The notes beneath the pieces are model-generated. The model was not told the origin of the DNA, ran no database searches, and saw only the letters and a program-made list of their open reading frames with translations. A stretch of DNA of 64,000 bases, taken from Bacteroidaceae bacterium. GTDB lineage: Bacteria; Bacteroidota; Bacteroidia; Bacteroidales; Bacteroidaceae. The translations under genes and the position numbers were made by a program. Positions within the stretch are counted from its first letter, which is position 1. Each line of letters starts with the position of its first letter. The DNA is taken from NCBI GenBank assembly GCA_045600665.1, contig JAZRYI010000103.1, positions 8,399-72,398 of the forward strand. The letters are read 5' to 3'. Of the stretch, positions 17,595 through 27,456 are shown one piece after another.

Positions 17595-19487
17595 TTATTC
17601 CAAGTAAGTGTAGCCATAAAGGCCGGCACGATAGTTGGAAATGAACTCTTTGCCTTCAGCTTCGGTAATTTTATTGTCCTTGATGGCTTTGCTAACCCAA
17701 ATCTCAAGTCTGCGAACAAGCTTCTTAGGGTCATATTGCACATACTCAAGCACGTCTGCTACTGTCTCGCCGTCAATCACTTTGTCGATACTATAGCTGT
17801 CTCCGTCCACAGAAATGTGGACAGCGTTTGTGTCGCCGAACAGGTTGTGCATATTGCCAAGAATCTCCTGGTATGCACCTACAAGGAATACGCCGATGTG
17901 GTAGTGTTCTCCTGACTTTAGAGTGTGGAGAGGTATATAGCTTGTCTGCTGGCTGCCATTGACGTATGCTGTGATCTTGCCATCGCTATCGCAAGTGATG
18001 TCTTGAAGCTGTGCGCTGCGCGTAGGCTGCTCGGCAAGACGCGAGATTGGCATGATTGGGAACAGCTGGTCTATGCCCCAAGAGTCGGGCATGCTCTGGA
18101 AGAGAGAGAAGTTGCAGAAGTATTTATCCGCCATCTGCTTGTCAAGTTTGCGAAGCTCGTCAGGCACATGCTTCTGATGATGTGCAAGCTCTGCCACTTC
18201 GTGACTGATAGCCCAATATAGCGACTCTATTTGAGCACGTGTCTTGAGATCGATGATGCCGTGGCGGAAGAGGTCGAGAGCCTCTTCGCGGATGTCCTCA
18301 GCGTCGTGCCAGTCCTCAAGAAGCGAGCGTCCTGAGAGCTTGTCCCATATCTCCGTGAGATCGTGCACAAGCTTGTGATCCTCTGGCTGAGGCTGGAAAT
18401 CCTCTGGCATTTGCGGAGCGGAAACGCTCTCCATCACATCGAGAATGAGTACGGAGTGATGCGCTGCCAATGAGCGACCGCCCTCGGTGATGATGTTAGG
18501 ATGAGGGATGCCATTTTGGTTGGATGCCTCCACGAGAGTCCACACGCAGTCGTTCACATACTCCTGGATACTATAGTTCACAGAGCTTTCGCGATTGCTG
18601 GAGCGTGTGCCGTCATAGTCCACGCCAAGTCCGCCACCGCAGTCAACGAACTGTATTGGGAATCCCATCTGATGCAGCTGCACGTAGAACTGAGCTGCCT
18701 CTCTCAGCGCAGTGCTGATGCGACGAATCTTCGTGATCTGGCTACCGATATGGAAGTGGATAAGCTTGAGGCAATCGCGCATGCCCATCTCATCGAGCAT
18801 CTGCAATGCTATGAGAAGTTCGGAACTGTTGAGACCGAACTTTGATGCATCACCACCGCTCTCCTCCCACTTGCCTGCACCGCTGCTGGCGAGCTTGATG
18901 CGGATGCCGAGGTTAGGACGCACGCCCAGCTTCTCTGCTGTCTCTGCAATAATCTTCATTTCTGGCAATTTCTCCACAACGAGGAACACTCGCTTGCCCA
19001 TTTTCTGAGCGAGAAGCGCAAGCTCGATGAAGTTCTGGTCCTTATGGCCATTGCAAATGATAAGGCTATCGCTGTCCATGTTGGTAGCGAGCACAGCGTG
19101 CAGCTCTGGCTTGGAACCAGCCTCAAGACCGAGGTTGTAGCGCTTGCCGTGGCTGATGATCTCTTCAACCACAGGGCGCATCTGATTCACCTTGATAGGA
19201 AAAATGATGAAATGCTCTGCCTGGTAGTTGTATTCCTTGCTTGCCTTGCGGAAGCATTCATCTGTCTTCTCAATGCGATTGTCAAGGATGTCAGGGAAGC
19301 GCAACAGCACAGGAGCTGTGACATGGCTTGCAGCAAGCTGGTCCACCACCTCCTTCAAGTCCACGTGAATGCCATTCTTCTTCGGACTCACGTACACGTT
19401 TCCTTTTTCATTGATGCCAAAGTAGTTGACACCCCATCCTTTGATATTGTAGAGCTCCTCAGAGTCCTCAATTCGCCATTTTTTCAT
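17595..19487 (-). CDS. speA: Biosynthetic arginine decarboxylase
   Basis: 630 aa; the start W.IEDSE.LYNI.GWG..YF.IN..G and the FPIKVNQ PLP-lysine motif. Confidence 0.93.
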   Translation of the reverse strand: MKKWRIEDSEELYNIKGWGVNYFGINEKGNVYVSPKKNGIHVDLKEVVDQLAASHVTAPVLLRFPDILDNRIEKTDECFRKASKEYNYQAEHFIIFPIKVNQMRPVVEEIISHGKRYNLGLEAGSKPELHAVLATNMDSDSLIICNGHKDQNFIELALLAQKMGKRVFLVVEKLPEMKIIAETAEKLGVRPNLGIRIKLASSGAGKWEESGGDASKFGLNSSELLIALQMLDEMGMRDCLKLIHFHIGSQITKIRRISTALREAAQFYVQLHQMGFPIQFVDCGGGLGVDYDGTRSSNRESSVNYSIQEYVNDCVWTLVEASNQNGIPHPNIITEGGRSLAAHHSVLILDVMESVSAPQMPEDFQPQPEDHKLVHDLTEIWDKLSGRSLLEDWHDAEDIREEALDLFRHGIIDLKTRAQIESLYWAISHEVAELAHHQKHVPDELRKLDKQMADKYFCNFSLFQSMPDSWGIDQLFPIMPISRLAEQPTRSAQLQDITCDSDGKITAYVNGSQQTSYIPLHTLKSGEHYHIGVFLVGAYQEILGNMHNLFGDTNAVHISVDGDSYSIDKVIDGETVADVLEYVQYDPKKLVRRLEIWVSKAIKDNKITEAEGKEFISNYRAGLYGYTYLE

Positions 19488-19995
19488 TTATCAGTTTTAC
19501 GTAGTTTAGTATTTCTTCCTTTGTGTGTATTACATCAATGTCTATTGAGTGCTTTGCCTTCGTGTAGAAAGGCAGGCGAGACTGCAGTGATGTGTGTATG
19601 AACGCCTCCAGTTCCTCTGGCGACTTGCCTTGGATGAGCGGGCGCTGGCTCTTGCCCATCAGCAAGTGCTCTTTCAGCACCGCTGGCGCAGCATTGAGAT
19701 AGATGGTGTCGCCTTGCTGATTCATATAGTCCATGTTGTCGAAGAAGCATGGAGTACCGCCGCCACAAGAGATGATGACGTTCTCAAACTCTGCCACCTC
19801 ATGCAGCATTTTCTTCTCTATCTCGCGGAATCCCTCTTCGCCTCTTTCTGCGAATATCTCAGGAATCTTTTTCTGGAATCGGTTCTCGATGTACCAGTCG
19901 AGATCGTAGAACTCAAGCCCCATCTCGCGCGCCAAAGCCTTGCCGATGGTGGTCTTGCCTGCTCCCATATAGCCGATAAGGATTATTCTTGTCAT
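19468..19995 (-). CDS. aroK: Shikimate kinase
   Basis: 175 aa; Walker A GYMGAGKTT. It overlaps the speA start by 20 nt. Confidence 0.9.
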   Translation of the reverse strand: MTRIILIGYMGAGKTTIGKALAREMGLEFYDLDWYIENRFQKKIPEIFAERGEEGFREIEKKMLHEVAEFENVIISCGGGTPCFFDNMDYMNQQGDTIYLNAAPAVLKEHLLMGKSQRPLIQGKSPEELEAFIHTSLQSRLPFYTKAKHSIDIDVIHTKEEILNYVKLINEKMAN

Positions 19996-19996
19996 A

Positions 19997-22351
19997 TTAC
20001 TTGCGTCTGCCTCTGCTTGTGGTTTTCACTGCTGGCTGAGGATTATTGATGAGTTCCATACACTGTTCGTAAGTGAGTGCTGTTGGTTCGGCAGCGAGTG
20101 CCTTTGGCAATTTGTAGTTCGCACCCTTATACTTCAAGTAAGGGCCAAAGCGGCCATTCATCACCTCAAGCTCCGTATCTTCCTCAAAATGCTTCAAGTG
20201 TGCAGCTGCATCACCCTTGCGCTTGTCTTCAATGAGCTGGATTGCTGTTTCTATGTCAATCTCCATAGGATCAATCTCCTTTGGAATTGACACGTATTTC
20301 TTTGCGTGAAGCACGTATGGACCGAAACGGCCTGTGCCTACCGACACAGTCTCGCCTTCGAACTCGCCCAAAGTGCGTGGCAGCTTGAAAAGCTCAAGTG
20401 CCTCTTCCAGAGTGAGCGTCTGTATGCTTTGCCCCTTCTTCAGTTGCGCGAAACGTGGCTTCTCGTCTTCGCTGGCTACGCCAATCTGCACCATAGGACC
20501 GAAGCGACCAATCTTCACGCTCACAGGCTTGCCTGTGCCTGGCTCTTCGCCCAGCACGCGCTCACCCACCTTGTGCTCATGCTTCTCCTGCATCGTGGCA
20601 TCAATCATTGGCTCGAACTTGCCGTAGAAGTCCTTCATCATCTGCTGCCAATTCTCGCGGCCCTCTGCTATTTCGTCAAAGTCCTTCTCCACGCTTGCAG
20701 TGAAGTTGTAGTCGATGATGTCAGGGAAATACTGAATCAGGAAATCGTTTACTACTGTGCCAATATCTGTTGGGATAAGTTTGCCCTTCTCATTGCCAAA
20801 CACTTCCTTCTTGCTGCTCTTCTTTATCTTGCCCGAAGCGAGCTTCAGAATGTTGTACGTGTGCTCCTCGCCTTTCTTATCACCTTTTTCTACATACTCA
20901 CGCTGTTGGATGGTAGAGATGGTAGGAGCGTATGTAGATGGGCGACCGATGCCAAGTTCCTCGAGTTTCTTCACGAGGCTTGCCTCCGTGTAGCGGAGAG
21001 GATGCTGTGTGTAGCGCTCTGTTGCCACAATCTCTTTCATCTCCAAAGTCTCGCCCACATTCATTGGAGGAAGGATGCCTTCTGAGGCTTCCTCTTGTTG
21101 TACATCATCGTCGAATGACTCGCGATACACACGGAGGAAACCGTCGAAAGTGACAACTTCGCCTGTTGCACTAAACACATATTCCTCAGTGTCGTTTGCA
21201 TTGATAGAGATAGTTGTCTTCTCTGTCTCTGCCTCTGCCATCTGGCAAGCTACGGTGCGCTTCCAAATCAGGTCGTAGAGCTTGCGTTCCTGGCTCGTGC
21301 CTTCAATCTCGTGATTGCTGATGTATGTAGGGCGTATAGCTTCGTGTGCCTCCTGTGCTCCCTTTGCGTTAGTGTGGAACTGGCGCGGATGGCTGTACTT
21401 ATCGCCAAGACGGCTGATGATTTCCTCTTTTGTTGTGTTGATGCACAATGAAGAAAGGTTGACGGAGTCTGTTCGCATGTATGTAATGTGACCAGATTCG
21501 TACAGGTGCTGAGCCACCATCATTGTCTGTGCCACAGTGAAGCCAAGCTTTCGTGCTGCTTCCTGCTGGAGCGTGGATGTGGTGAAAGGCGGTGCAGGGA
21601 ACTTCTTCATTGGCTTGGTCTGAATGTCAGTGATGCTGAACTTCTTGTTCTTGCACTGCTCAAGGAATGCCTCTGCCTCTTCCTGAGTTTTGAAACCCTG
21701 GTTGAGAGTGGAATGAAGCGTGAATATTGTGTCCTCACCTTTCTCGTCCTTTGCAGGAACGAGGAAATCTGCACTGACCTTATAGCTCGACTCGCTCTGG
21801 AAACCTTCAATCTCTTTCTCTCTCTCCACTATGAGTCGTACGGCTACGCTCTGCACGCGACCTGCCGAGAGGCTTGGCTTCAGTTTCTTCCAAAGCACTG
21901 GCGAAAGCTTGAAGCCCACTACGCGGTCAAGCACGCGACGCGCTTGCTGCGCATTTACAAGTCCCATATCTATAGTGCGAGGATTCTCTATTGCCTCCAA
22001 GATCGCTGTCTTGGTGATTTCGTGAAACACGATTCTTTTTGCCGCCTTGGGATCAAGTCCTAACACTTGGCTGAGATGCCAACTGATTGCTTCTCCCTCG
22101 CGGTCCTCATCGGAAGCCAGCCATACTGTTTCTGCTTTGCTTGCCTGTGCTTTCAGTTCCTTCACTACCGATTCCTTGTCTTCAGGAATCTCGTATTTAG
22201 GAGAGAAATCGTCCAAGTTGACACTCATCTCCTTCTTCTTCAAATCGCGGATGTGTCCGTAGCTGGACATAACCTTGTATTCCTTGCCGAGAAACTTCTC
22301 CAAAGTCTTTGCTTTTGCAGGAGACTCGACTATTACCAAATTCTTTTGCAT
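19997..22351 (-). CDS. topA: DNA topoisomerase I
   Basis: The Toprim start MQKNLVIVESPAKAKT is at 22351. The ORF-track start at 22417 would run into the promoter box. C-terminal repeated GRFGPY motifs are present. Confidence 0.95.
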   Translation of the reverse strand: MQKNLVIVESPAKAKTLEKFLGKEYKVMSSYGHIRDLKKKEMSVNLDDFSPKYEIPEDKESVVKELKAQASKAETVWLASDEDREGEAISWHLSQVLGLDPKAAKRIVFHEITKTAILEAIENPRTIDMGLVNAQQARRVLDRVVGFKLSPVLWKKLKPSLSAGRVQSVAVRLIVEREKEIEGFQSESSYKVSADFLVPAKDEKGEDTIFTLHSTLNQGFKTQEEAEAFLEQCKNKKFSITDIQTKPMKKFPAPPFTTSTLQQEAARKLGFTVAQTMMVAQHLYESGHITYMRTDSVNLSSLCINTTKEEIISRLGDKYSHPRQFHTNAKGAQEAHEAIRPTYISNHEIEGTSQERKLYDLIWKRTVACQMAEAETEKTTISINANDTEEYVFSATGEVVTFDGFLRVYRESFDDDVQQEEASEGILPPMNVGETLEMKEIVATERYTQHPLRYTEASLVKKLEELGIGRPSTYAPTISTIQQREYVEKGDKKGEEHTYNILKLASGKIKKSSKKEVFGNEKGKLIPTDIGTVVNDFLIQYFPDIIDYNFTASVEKDFDEIAEGRENWQQMMKDFYGKFEPMIDATMQEKHEHKVGERVLGEEPGTGKPVSVKIGRFGPMVQIGVASEDEKPRFAQLKKGQSIQTLTLEEALELFKLPRTLGEFEGETVSVGTGRFGPYVLHAKKYVSIPKEIDPMEIDIETAIQLIEDKRKGDAAAHLKHFEEDTELEVMNGRFGPYLKYKGANYKLPKALAAEPTALTYEQCMELINNPQPAVKTTSRGRRK

Positions 22352-22374
22352 AGGTTTTTCTTTAATTTTGGGTA

Positions 22375-22382
22375 CAAAAGTA
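22375..22382 (-). promoter_or_regulatory. Candidate -7 box TACTTTTG for the topA-aroK-speA operon
   Basis: Reverse complement of CAAAAGTA; 24 nt upstream of ATG 22351. Confidence 0.45.
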
Positions 22383-22560
22383 GGTAAAAAAAACATTCCA
22401 TATATATAAAATGACACTAATTTTCACTTCCACTTCTTTTTTTTACTATATATAATGTGTAAAAGAGTAAAAAAAGCCACTAATCTTTGCAATGCAGCTA
22501 TGAGAATTGAGTGGATGACCACTCATTATGTTCTCGATAAAAAAGAAAAAAGAGGAAATG

Positions 22561-22592
22561 TTTGGAAAATATGCTATAACATAGTAACTTTG
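22561..22592 (+). promoter_or_regulatory. Candidate promoter (-33 TTTG 22561-22564, -7 TAACTTTG 22585-22592)
   Basis: Both boxes are exact with 20-nt spacing; 56 nt before ATG 22648. Confidence 0.5.
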
Positions 22593-22647
22593 TACCATGT
22601 TTTTTCAGTTTTGTACTCAAAACGGCGAGTTGAAAGGCAGAGATTTG

Positions 22648-25182
22648 ATGCGCCGCTACTCAATAATTCTTGTGCTGTTAACTTTGGCAATAATTGCCAA
22701 GGCGCAGTTTTATGGCACTGTCGTTGACGCTGCCACAGGGGAGCCTATTGAGTATGCGGCAGCAAAGTACATAGGCACTGGCATAGGCACTTCTACTGAT
22801 GCTGAGGGCAAGTTCGTGCTGCAGATGGATCCGAAGAATAAGAAGATGGAGGTGTCGTGCTTAGGGTACAAGTCTGTGACGGTGACAGTGAACCACTCGT
22901 ACAAGGTGATGCACTCTGTCATAAAAATGTATTCTGACGATGTGCTGCTCAGCGAGGTGGTGGTGAAGAAGTCGAAGGTGAAATACAAGCGCAAGGACAA
23001 TCCTGCTGTGGACTTGATGCGCCGAGTCATTGCCAACAAGCATCTCAGCGACATCAAGGAAAAGGATTTCTATCATTTTGATAAATATGAGAAACTCACG
23101 CTCTCATACAATGATGTCGAGAAGAGTCCGCTGGCTGAGGTTTGCCCAGAGACAGGCAAGCTGATATTGCCCATCATGGTTGACGAAACTGTGTCAGAAG
23201 AGAACTATCGCAGGAGCACCAACACAAGCAAGGTCATTGTGAATGCAAAGCGAAGCGATGGTTTTCAGTCAATGCTTTCGTCGGGAGACATGTTTGCAGA
23301 TTTCACCAAAGACATCTTCACCGATGTGAACATATACAAAGACAACGTCAGAGTGCTTCAGCATCCTTTCATCAGCCCTATTTCCACTTCGGAGGCAATA
23401 GGCTTTTACCATTATTACATTCAGGACACGATAGTGGTGGAAGGTGAGAGATGTATTGACGTAGTATTCCTGCCCAACAACACCCAGGACTTTGGCTTTG
23501 CGGGCCATCTTTTTGTCACCGACGATGACAAGAATCAAGTGAAACGCGCTGTGATCAACATTCCCAACAACTCTGGTGTGAACTATGTGGACAATATGCT
23601 GGTGATGCAGGATTTTGCCACTTTGCCCACAGGCGAAAGAGTGCTGAAAAGCGATGATATGATAGTAGAAGTGAGCGGTTTCTATGGCACGTTGAAGATG
23701 ATGTGCCAGCGCAACACCACCTACAGCAACTACAGCTTCGATGCCATCACTGACAAAAATGCATTCAAGTACTCATTGTCTGAATACGTGAAGCCCGATG
23801 CAGAGCAGAAAGACACAGCATACTGGGCTTCTGTTCGTCCAAGAGAACTGTCCCAAACGGAAAGCAATCTTGGAATGTCTGTTGACAGAATGTCGAAGAA
23901 GATAGGCGGCTTAGGCAAATTCCTTCTTGCCGCATTGGTGGAGAACTCGCTTGAGCTTACTTCGCGCCCTAACAAGCTGGATTTGATCCCGTTCAACTCC
24001 ATCATCTCCAACAATTACATTGATGGATGGCGATTCAAGCTGCCGCTGCAAACCACAGCCAATCTGTCGCCTCACCTCTTCCTGCGTGGCTATGCAGCTT
24101 ATGGCACTAAGGACAAGCAAATGAAATACCTTGTCGAGGGTGAGTACTCCTTCAACAAGAAGAAATACATGGCTCATGAGTTTCCTCGGCATTCTATTAG
24201 CATGAGCTATATGTATGACGACATGTCTCCAATAGATAAATACAGAGGCAGGTCCAATGATGATGTACTCAACTCCTTCAAGGTGAGCAAGGTAGATCAG
24301 ATGATGTATGTGAACAACATCAAGCTCGGCTACATTTGCGAGACACGCAACTATTTCACATTCTCAATCGGCCTCGACAACTCCAAGTTCTCCCCAGCAG
24401 GCGAATTGAAGTACCAGCACAATGTGGATGGCACTCTGCTCTCGTCCATCAAAACCACTGATGCCAAGGTCGGCATACGATTTGCTCCACGCGAAGCATA
24501 CGTGAACAATAAGCAGAAGCGATTGTCTATCAACGACGAAGCGCCAGTGTTCAGGCTTGAGCACACTATTGGCTTGAACGGTGTGCTGGGAGGTCAGTAC
24601 GACTACAATATGACAGAAGCGAGCATCTACAAGAAGTTCTGGCTGCCATCTGCGTTCGGCTATATGGAAATGTCGCTGAAGGGAGGCTACCAATGGAACA
24701 AAGTAGCATTCCCAATGCTGTTCATACCGCACACAAGCACATCATATTTCGTTCAATCCAATTCCTTGTCATTCAATATGCTGCACAGCATGGAGTTTCT
24801 TAACGACAAGTATGCTACCTTGTTCCTGTTTTGGAGTTTTGACGGTAAATTGCTGAACCGTCTGCCATTGGTGAACAAAATGAAGCTGCGTGAATTCATT
24901 AGCTTCAAGATGCTGTATGGCGGACTGTCTGACAAGAACAACCCATTTGTCAGCACCAATGACAACGACCTGCTTCGCTTCCCTATGCGCGATGGCGAAT
25001 ACACCTCCTTTGTGATGGGCAGCAAGCCATACATGGAAATGTCAGTCGGTCTGTGCAATATATTCAAGATCCTTACTGTGCAGTATGTCCGTCGCCTTAC
25101 ATACAATGACACGCACGAGATACCAGGAGAAGGCAAGGTGAAGAAAAATGGCTTGCGTTTCTCTGTCGATTTGAAGTTCTGA
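22648..25182 (+). CDS. Carboxypeptidase-regulatory-like domain plus DUF5686-like outer-membrane protein
   Basis: I chose the start at MRRYSIILVLLTLAIIAKAQ (signal peptide). The CarboxypepD_reg-like region is GTVVDAATGEPIEYAAAKY..GT.TDAEGKFVL, followed by a long beta-rich C-terminus ending in F. Confidence 0.65.
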   Translation: MRRYSIILVLLTLAIIAKAQFYGTVVDAATGEPIEYAAAKYIGTGIGTSTDAEGKFVLQMDPKNKKMEVSCLGYKSVTVTVNHSYKVMHSVIKMYSDDVLLSEVVVKKSKVKYKRKDNPAVDLMRRVIANKHLSDIKEKDFYHFDKYEKLTLSYNDVEKSPLAEVCPETGKLILPIMVDETVSEENYRRSTNTSKVIVNAKRSDGFQSMLSSGDMFADFTKDIFTDVNIYKDNVRVLQHPFISPISTSEAIGFYHYYIQDTIVVEGERCIDVVFLPNNTQDFGFAGHLFVTDDDKNQVKRAVINIPNNSGVNYVDNMLVMQDFATLPTGERVLKSDDMIVEVSGFYGTLKMMCQRNTTYSNYSFDAITDKNAFKYSLSEYVKPDAEQKDTAYWASVRPRELSQTESNLGMSVDRMSKKIGGLGKFLLAALVENSLELTSRPNKLDLIPFNSIISNNYIDGWRFKLPLQTTANLSPHLFLRGYAAYGTKDKQMKYLVEGEYSFNKKKYMAHEFPRHSISMSYMYDDMSPIDKYRGRSNDDVLNSFKVSKVDQMMYVNNIKLGYICETRNYFTFSIGLDNSKFSPAGELKYQHNVDGTLLSSIKTTDAKVGIRFAPREAYVNNKQKRLSINDEAPVFRLEHTIGLNGVLGGQYDYNMTEASIYKKFWLPSAFGYMEMSLKGGYQWNKVAFPMLFIPHTSTSYFVQSNSLSFNMLHSMEFLNDKYATLFLFWSFDGKLLNRLPLVNKMKLREFISFKMLYGGLSDKNNPFVSTNDNDLLRFPMRDGEYTSFVMGSKPYMEMSVGLCNIFKILTVQYVRRLTYNDTHEIPGEGKVKKNGLRFSVDLKF

Positions 25183-25210
25183 GCTCTTGGCGAAACAGAT
25201 AAGATAATAG

Positions 25211-25252
25211 AAAAGCGGAAGGAGACCAACAAGTCATCCTTCCGCTTTTTTT
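25211..25252. terminator. Bidirectional terminator
   Basis: AAGCGGAAGGA/TCCTTCCGCTT 11-bp stem with flanking A and T tracts. Confidence 0.75.
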
Positions 25253-25271
25253 GTATATGCAGTGACGCAGA

Positions 25272-26828
25272 TTACTGAAGCGTGAGCGTCACGATAGAGC
25301 CCTTTGGCATATTCACTTTCATCACGCCCTTGTTGAACTTCACATCCTTGAAGTCGGCAGGCTTCACGACGTCAGGATTGTCGAATGTGTTCATGTCGTC
25401 AATCTTGGCTGATGTGAGGATAGTGCCTGAAGCTTTAGTTGCCTTGGTGCCATCGAGGTTGATTGTCACTTCCTGTTCCTTGTCTATGCTCACGTTAGTG
25501 AGTGAGATGTGGATCACGCCATTCTTATCCTTCGATGCTGTTGCACTTACTACAGGGAGCTTCTCCTCTGCAAAGTGACGCATAGTCTTGCCCACTTCCA
25601 TCACGTCGCACTGCACATCCACAGGGATGTTTGTAGCATCCTGATGCACTGAGTACATCTTGAACACGTGGTATGTAGGAGTGAGAACCATCTTCTCGTT
25701 TTTTGTGAGAATCATCGACTGGAGCACATTCACAATTTGGGCAATGTTTGCCATCTTCAAGCGACGTGTGTATTTGTGGAAAATGTCGAGCGAAGTAGAA
25801 GCCACGATAGCGTCGCGCATAGTGTTCTGCTGGAAGAGGTGGCCTCTCACAGTGCCTGGCTCCTCGTCCCACCAAGTGCCCCACTCGTCGAGCAAGAGGT
25901 CAACCTTGTTTTCTGGGTCGAGCTCATCCATGATTTCGATGTGCTTCTTGAGCACGCTCTCTATCTCGCGGCACTTGCCGATTGTCCAGTAGTACTCACC
26001 CTTGTCAAATTTTGTGGCGCTGTGCTTAGAGCCGTTCCAGCCCCACACTGTGTAGTAGTGGAGAGAGATGCCAGCCATGTTGCCTTTGGCGCGCTCGAGC
26101 AGGATGCGTGTCCAGTCGTAGTCGTAGTCGCTTGCGCCCGAAGCAATCTTGTAGAGATGATGGCCATCATAGTCGCGGCAATATGTGCCATAGCGGCGGA
26201 AGAGGTCTGCATAGTACTCAGGACGCATGCTGCCGCCGCATCCCCACGACTCGTTGCCCACGCCAAGATACTTCAGGTTCCAAGACTTTTCCCTGCCGTT
26301 CTTTCTGCGCAGATTTGCCATTGGGCTATCGCCATCGCTGGTGATGTATTCCACCCACTTAGCCATCTCCTCCACTGTGCCGCTGCCCACGTTGCCGCTC
26401 AGGTATGGCTGTGCGCCAATCAGCTCGCAGAGATTAAAGAACTCATGCGTACCAAAAGAGTTGTCCTCCACAGTGCCGCCCCAGTTGTTGTTCACCATCT
26501 TTGGTCGCTCCGACTTAGGACCAATGCCATCGCGCCAGTGATACTCGTCGGCAAAACAACCGCCTGGCCAACGAAGCACAGGCACCTTGAGCTCCTTCAG
26601 CGCATTGAGCACATCTGTGCGGTAGCCATTCTGATTTGGGATGGAAGAGTTTTCGCCTACCCACAAACCGCCATAGATGCAAGTACCAAGATGCTCCGCA
26701 AACTGACCATAGATCTCCTTTGGGATAACGTTGCCCGACTTGTCGGCATGCACAGTCACAATCTGCGCACTGATAGGCAATGCAGAAGCAGCCAACAGGG
26801 CTGCACTGAATAAATGCTTGATTTTCAT
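25272..26828 (-). CDS. Alpha-L-arabinofuranosidase, GH51-like
   Basis: 518 aa; signal peptide; LRWPGGCFADEYHW and GVGNESWGCGG motifs typical of Bacteroidales GH51. Confidence 0.8.
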   Translation of the reverse strand: MKIKHLFSAALLAASALPISAQIVTVHADKSGNVIPKEIYGQFAEHLGTCIYGGLWVGENSSIPNQNGYRTDVLNALKELKVPVLRWPGGCFADEYHWRDGIGPKSERPKMVNNNWGGTVEDNSFGTHEFFNLCELIGAQPYLSGNVGSGTVEEMAKWVEYITSDGDSPMANLRRKNGREKSWNLKYLGVGNESWGCGGSMRPEYYADLFRRYGTYCRDYDGHHLYKIASGASDYDYDWTRILLERAKGNMAGISLHYYTVWGWNGSKHSATKFDKGEYYWTIGKCREIESVLKKHIEIMDELDPENKVDLLLDEWGTWWDEEPGTVRGHLFQQNTMRDAIVASTSLDIFHKYTRRLKMANIAQIVNVLQSMILTKNEKMVLTPTYHVFKMYSVHQDATNIPVDVQCDVMEVGKTMRHFAEEKLPVVSATASKDKNGVIHISLTNVSIDKEQEVTINLDGTKATKASGTILTSAKIDDMNTFDNPDVVKPADFKDVKFNKGVMKVNMPKGSIVTLTLQ

Positions 26829-26834
26829 TGTTAG

Positions 26835-27329
26835 TTATTGTTTTGTATTAGGTAAATATTCCACCACCTCACCCCTCGCCAGCGATGCCTTGACATCTAT
26901 CAGGCGTTGGTTAGCACTACCCTTGAACAAAAGCGAGATGTCACGCTGCGCCAGAACGAAAGGGCCATCCACAAGCACATCTATCCACTCCAGCAGCGCA
27001 CGATACTCTGGCTTGTTCACAATGTCCTCCCACAAGAATCCCGTATAGCACCAGATGTTGCGTCCTTGCTCCCTCTTCAGTCTCTCGCTGAAATGAGTGA
27101 GTGCCTCAAGCTGGAACAGTGGGTCGCCACCAGAAAAAGTCACAGGAAAGTCATTATACTCAATCACATCCAGCAGCTCATCTTCTGTCATCTCCCTGCC
27201 GCCATCTGCGTCCCACGATTGCGGGTTGTGACACCCCTCGCACTTGTGCGCACATCCTGCAAAGTATATGGAAGTACGCAATCCAGGACCATCCACGCTT
27301 GTTCCTTCCGAAATGTTCAATACTCTCAT
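26835..27329 (-). CDS. nrdG: Anaerobic ribonucleoside-triphosphate reductase activating protein (radical SAM)
   Basis: The start MRVLNISEGTSVDGPGLR is at 27329; the longer ORF start falls inside the promoter box. The radical-SAM cluster motif is CAHKCEGCHN. Confidence 0.85.
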   Translation of the reverse strand: MRVLNISEGTSVDGPGLRTSIYFAGCAHKCEGCHNPQSWDADGGREMTEDELLDVIEYNDFPVTFSGGDPLFQLEALTHFSERLKREQGRNIWCYTGFLWEDIVNKPEYRALLEWIDVLVDGPFVLAQRDISLLFKGSANQRLIDVKASLARGEVVEYLPNTKQ

Positions 27330-27362
27330 CTTTTTTAATTGAATTGAAGTGTATAATCGTTG

Positions 27363-27370
27363 CAAAGATA
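27363..27370 (-). promoter_or_regulatory. Candidate -7 box TATCTTTG for nrdG
   Basis: Reverse complement of CAAAGATA; 34 nt upstream of ATG 27329. Confidence 0.45.
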
Positions 27371-27422
27371 ATGTATTTTTTCAATATATTCAACTTTTCA
27401 ATGCTATTATCAAAAAAACACC

Positions 27423-27430
27423 TAACTTTG
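27423..27430 (+). promoter_or_regulatory. Candidate -7 box TAACTTTG for the YitT gene
   Basis: Exact TAnnTTTG 27 nt before ATG 27457. Confidence 0.45.
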
Positions 27431-27456
27431 CATCAAAATAACGAAAAAACACTTTT

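Noticed and set aside
22455-22727. A 90-aa ORF in the topA/DUF5686 divergent spacer, and the N-terminal extensions offered by the ORF track for topA, nrdG, dxs, leuS, GT2, the 3452 ORF and the 22597 ORF.
   Set aside because: The extended starts run through the -7 promoter boxes or add non-homologous residues ahead of the conserved family N-termini. Internal ATGs were chosen instead.
26835-27329. nrdG lacks an adjacent nrdD and is followed 6 nt later by a GH51 gene, which might suggest a radical-SAM activase recruited to a new partner.
   Set aside because: The protein is a textbook NrdG (CxxxCxxC, ~165 aa). nrdD is probably elsewhere in the genome, and GH51 enzymes have no known glycyl-radical chemistry. 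I treat this as gene packing only.
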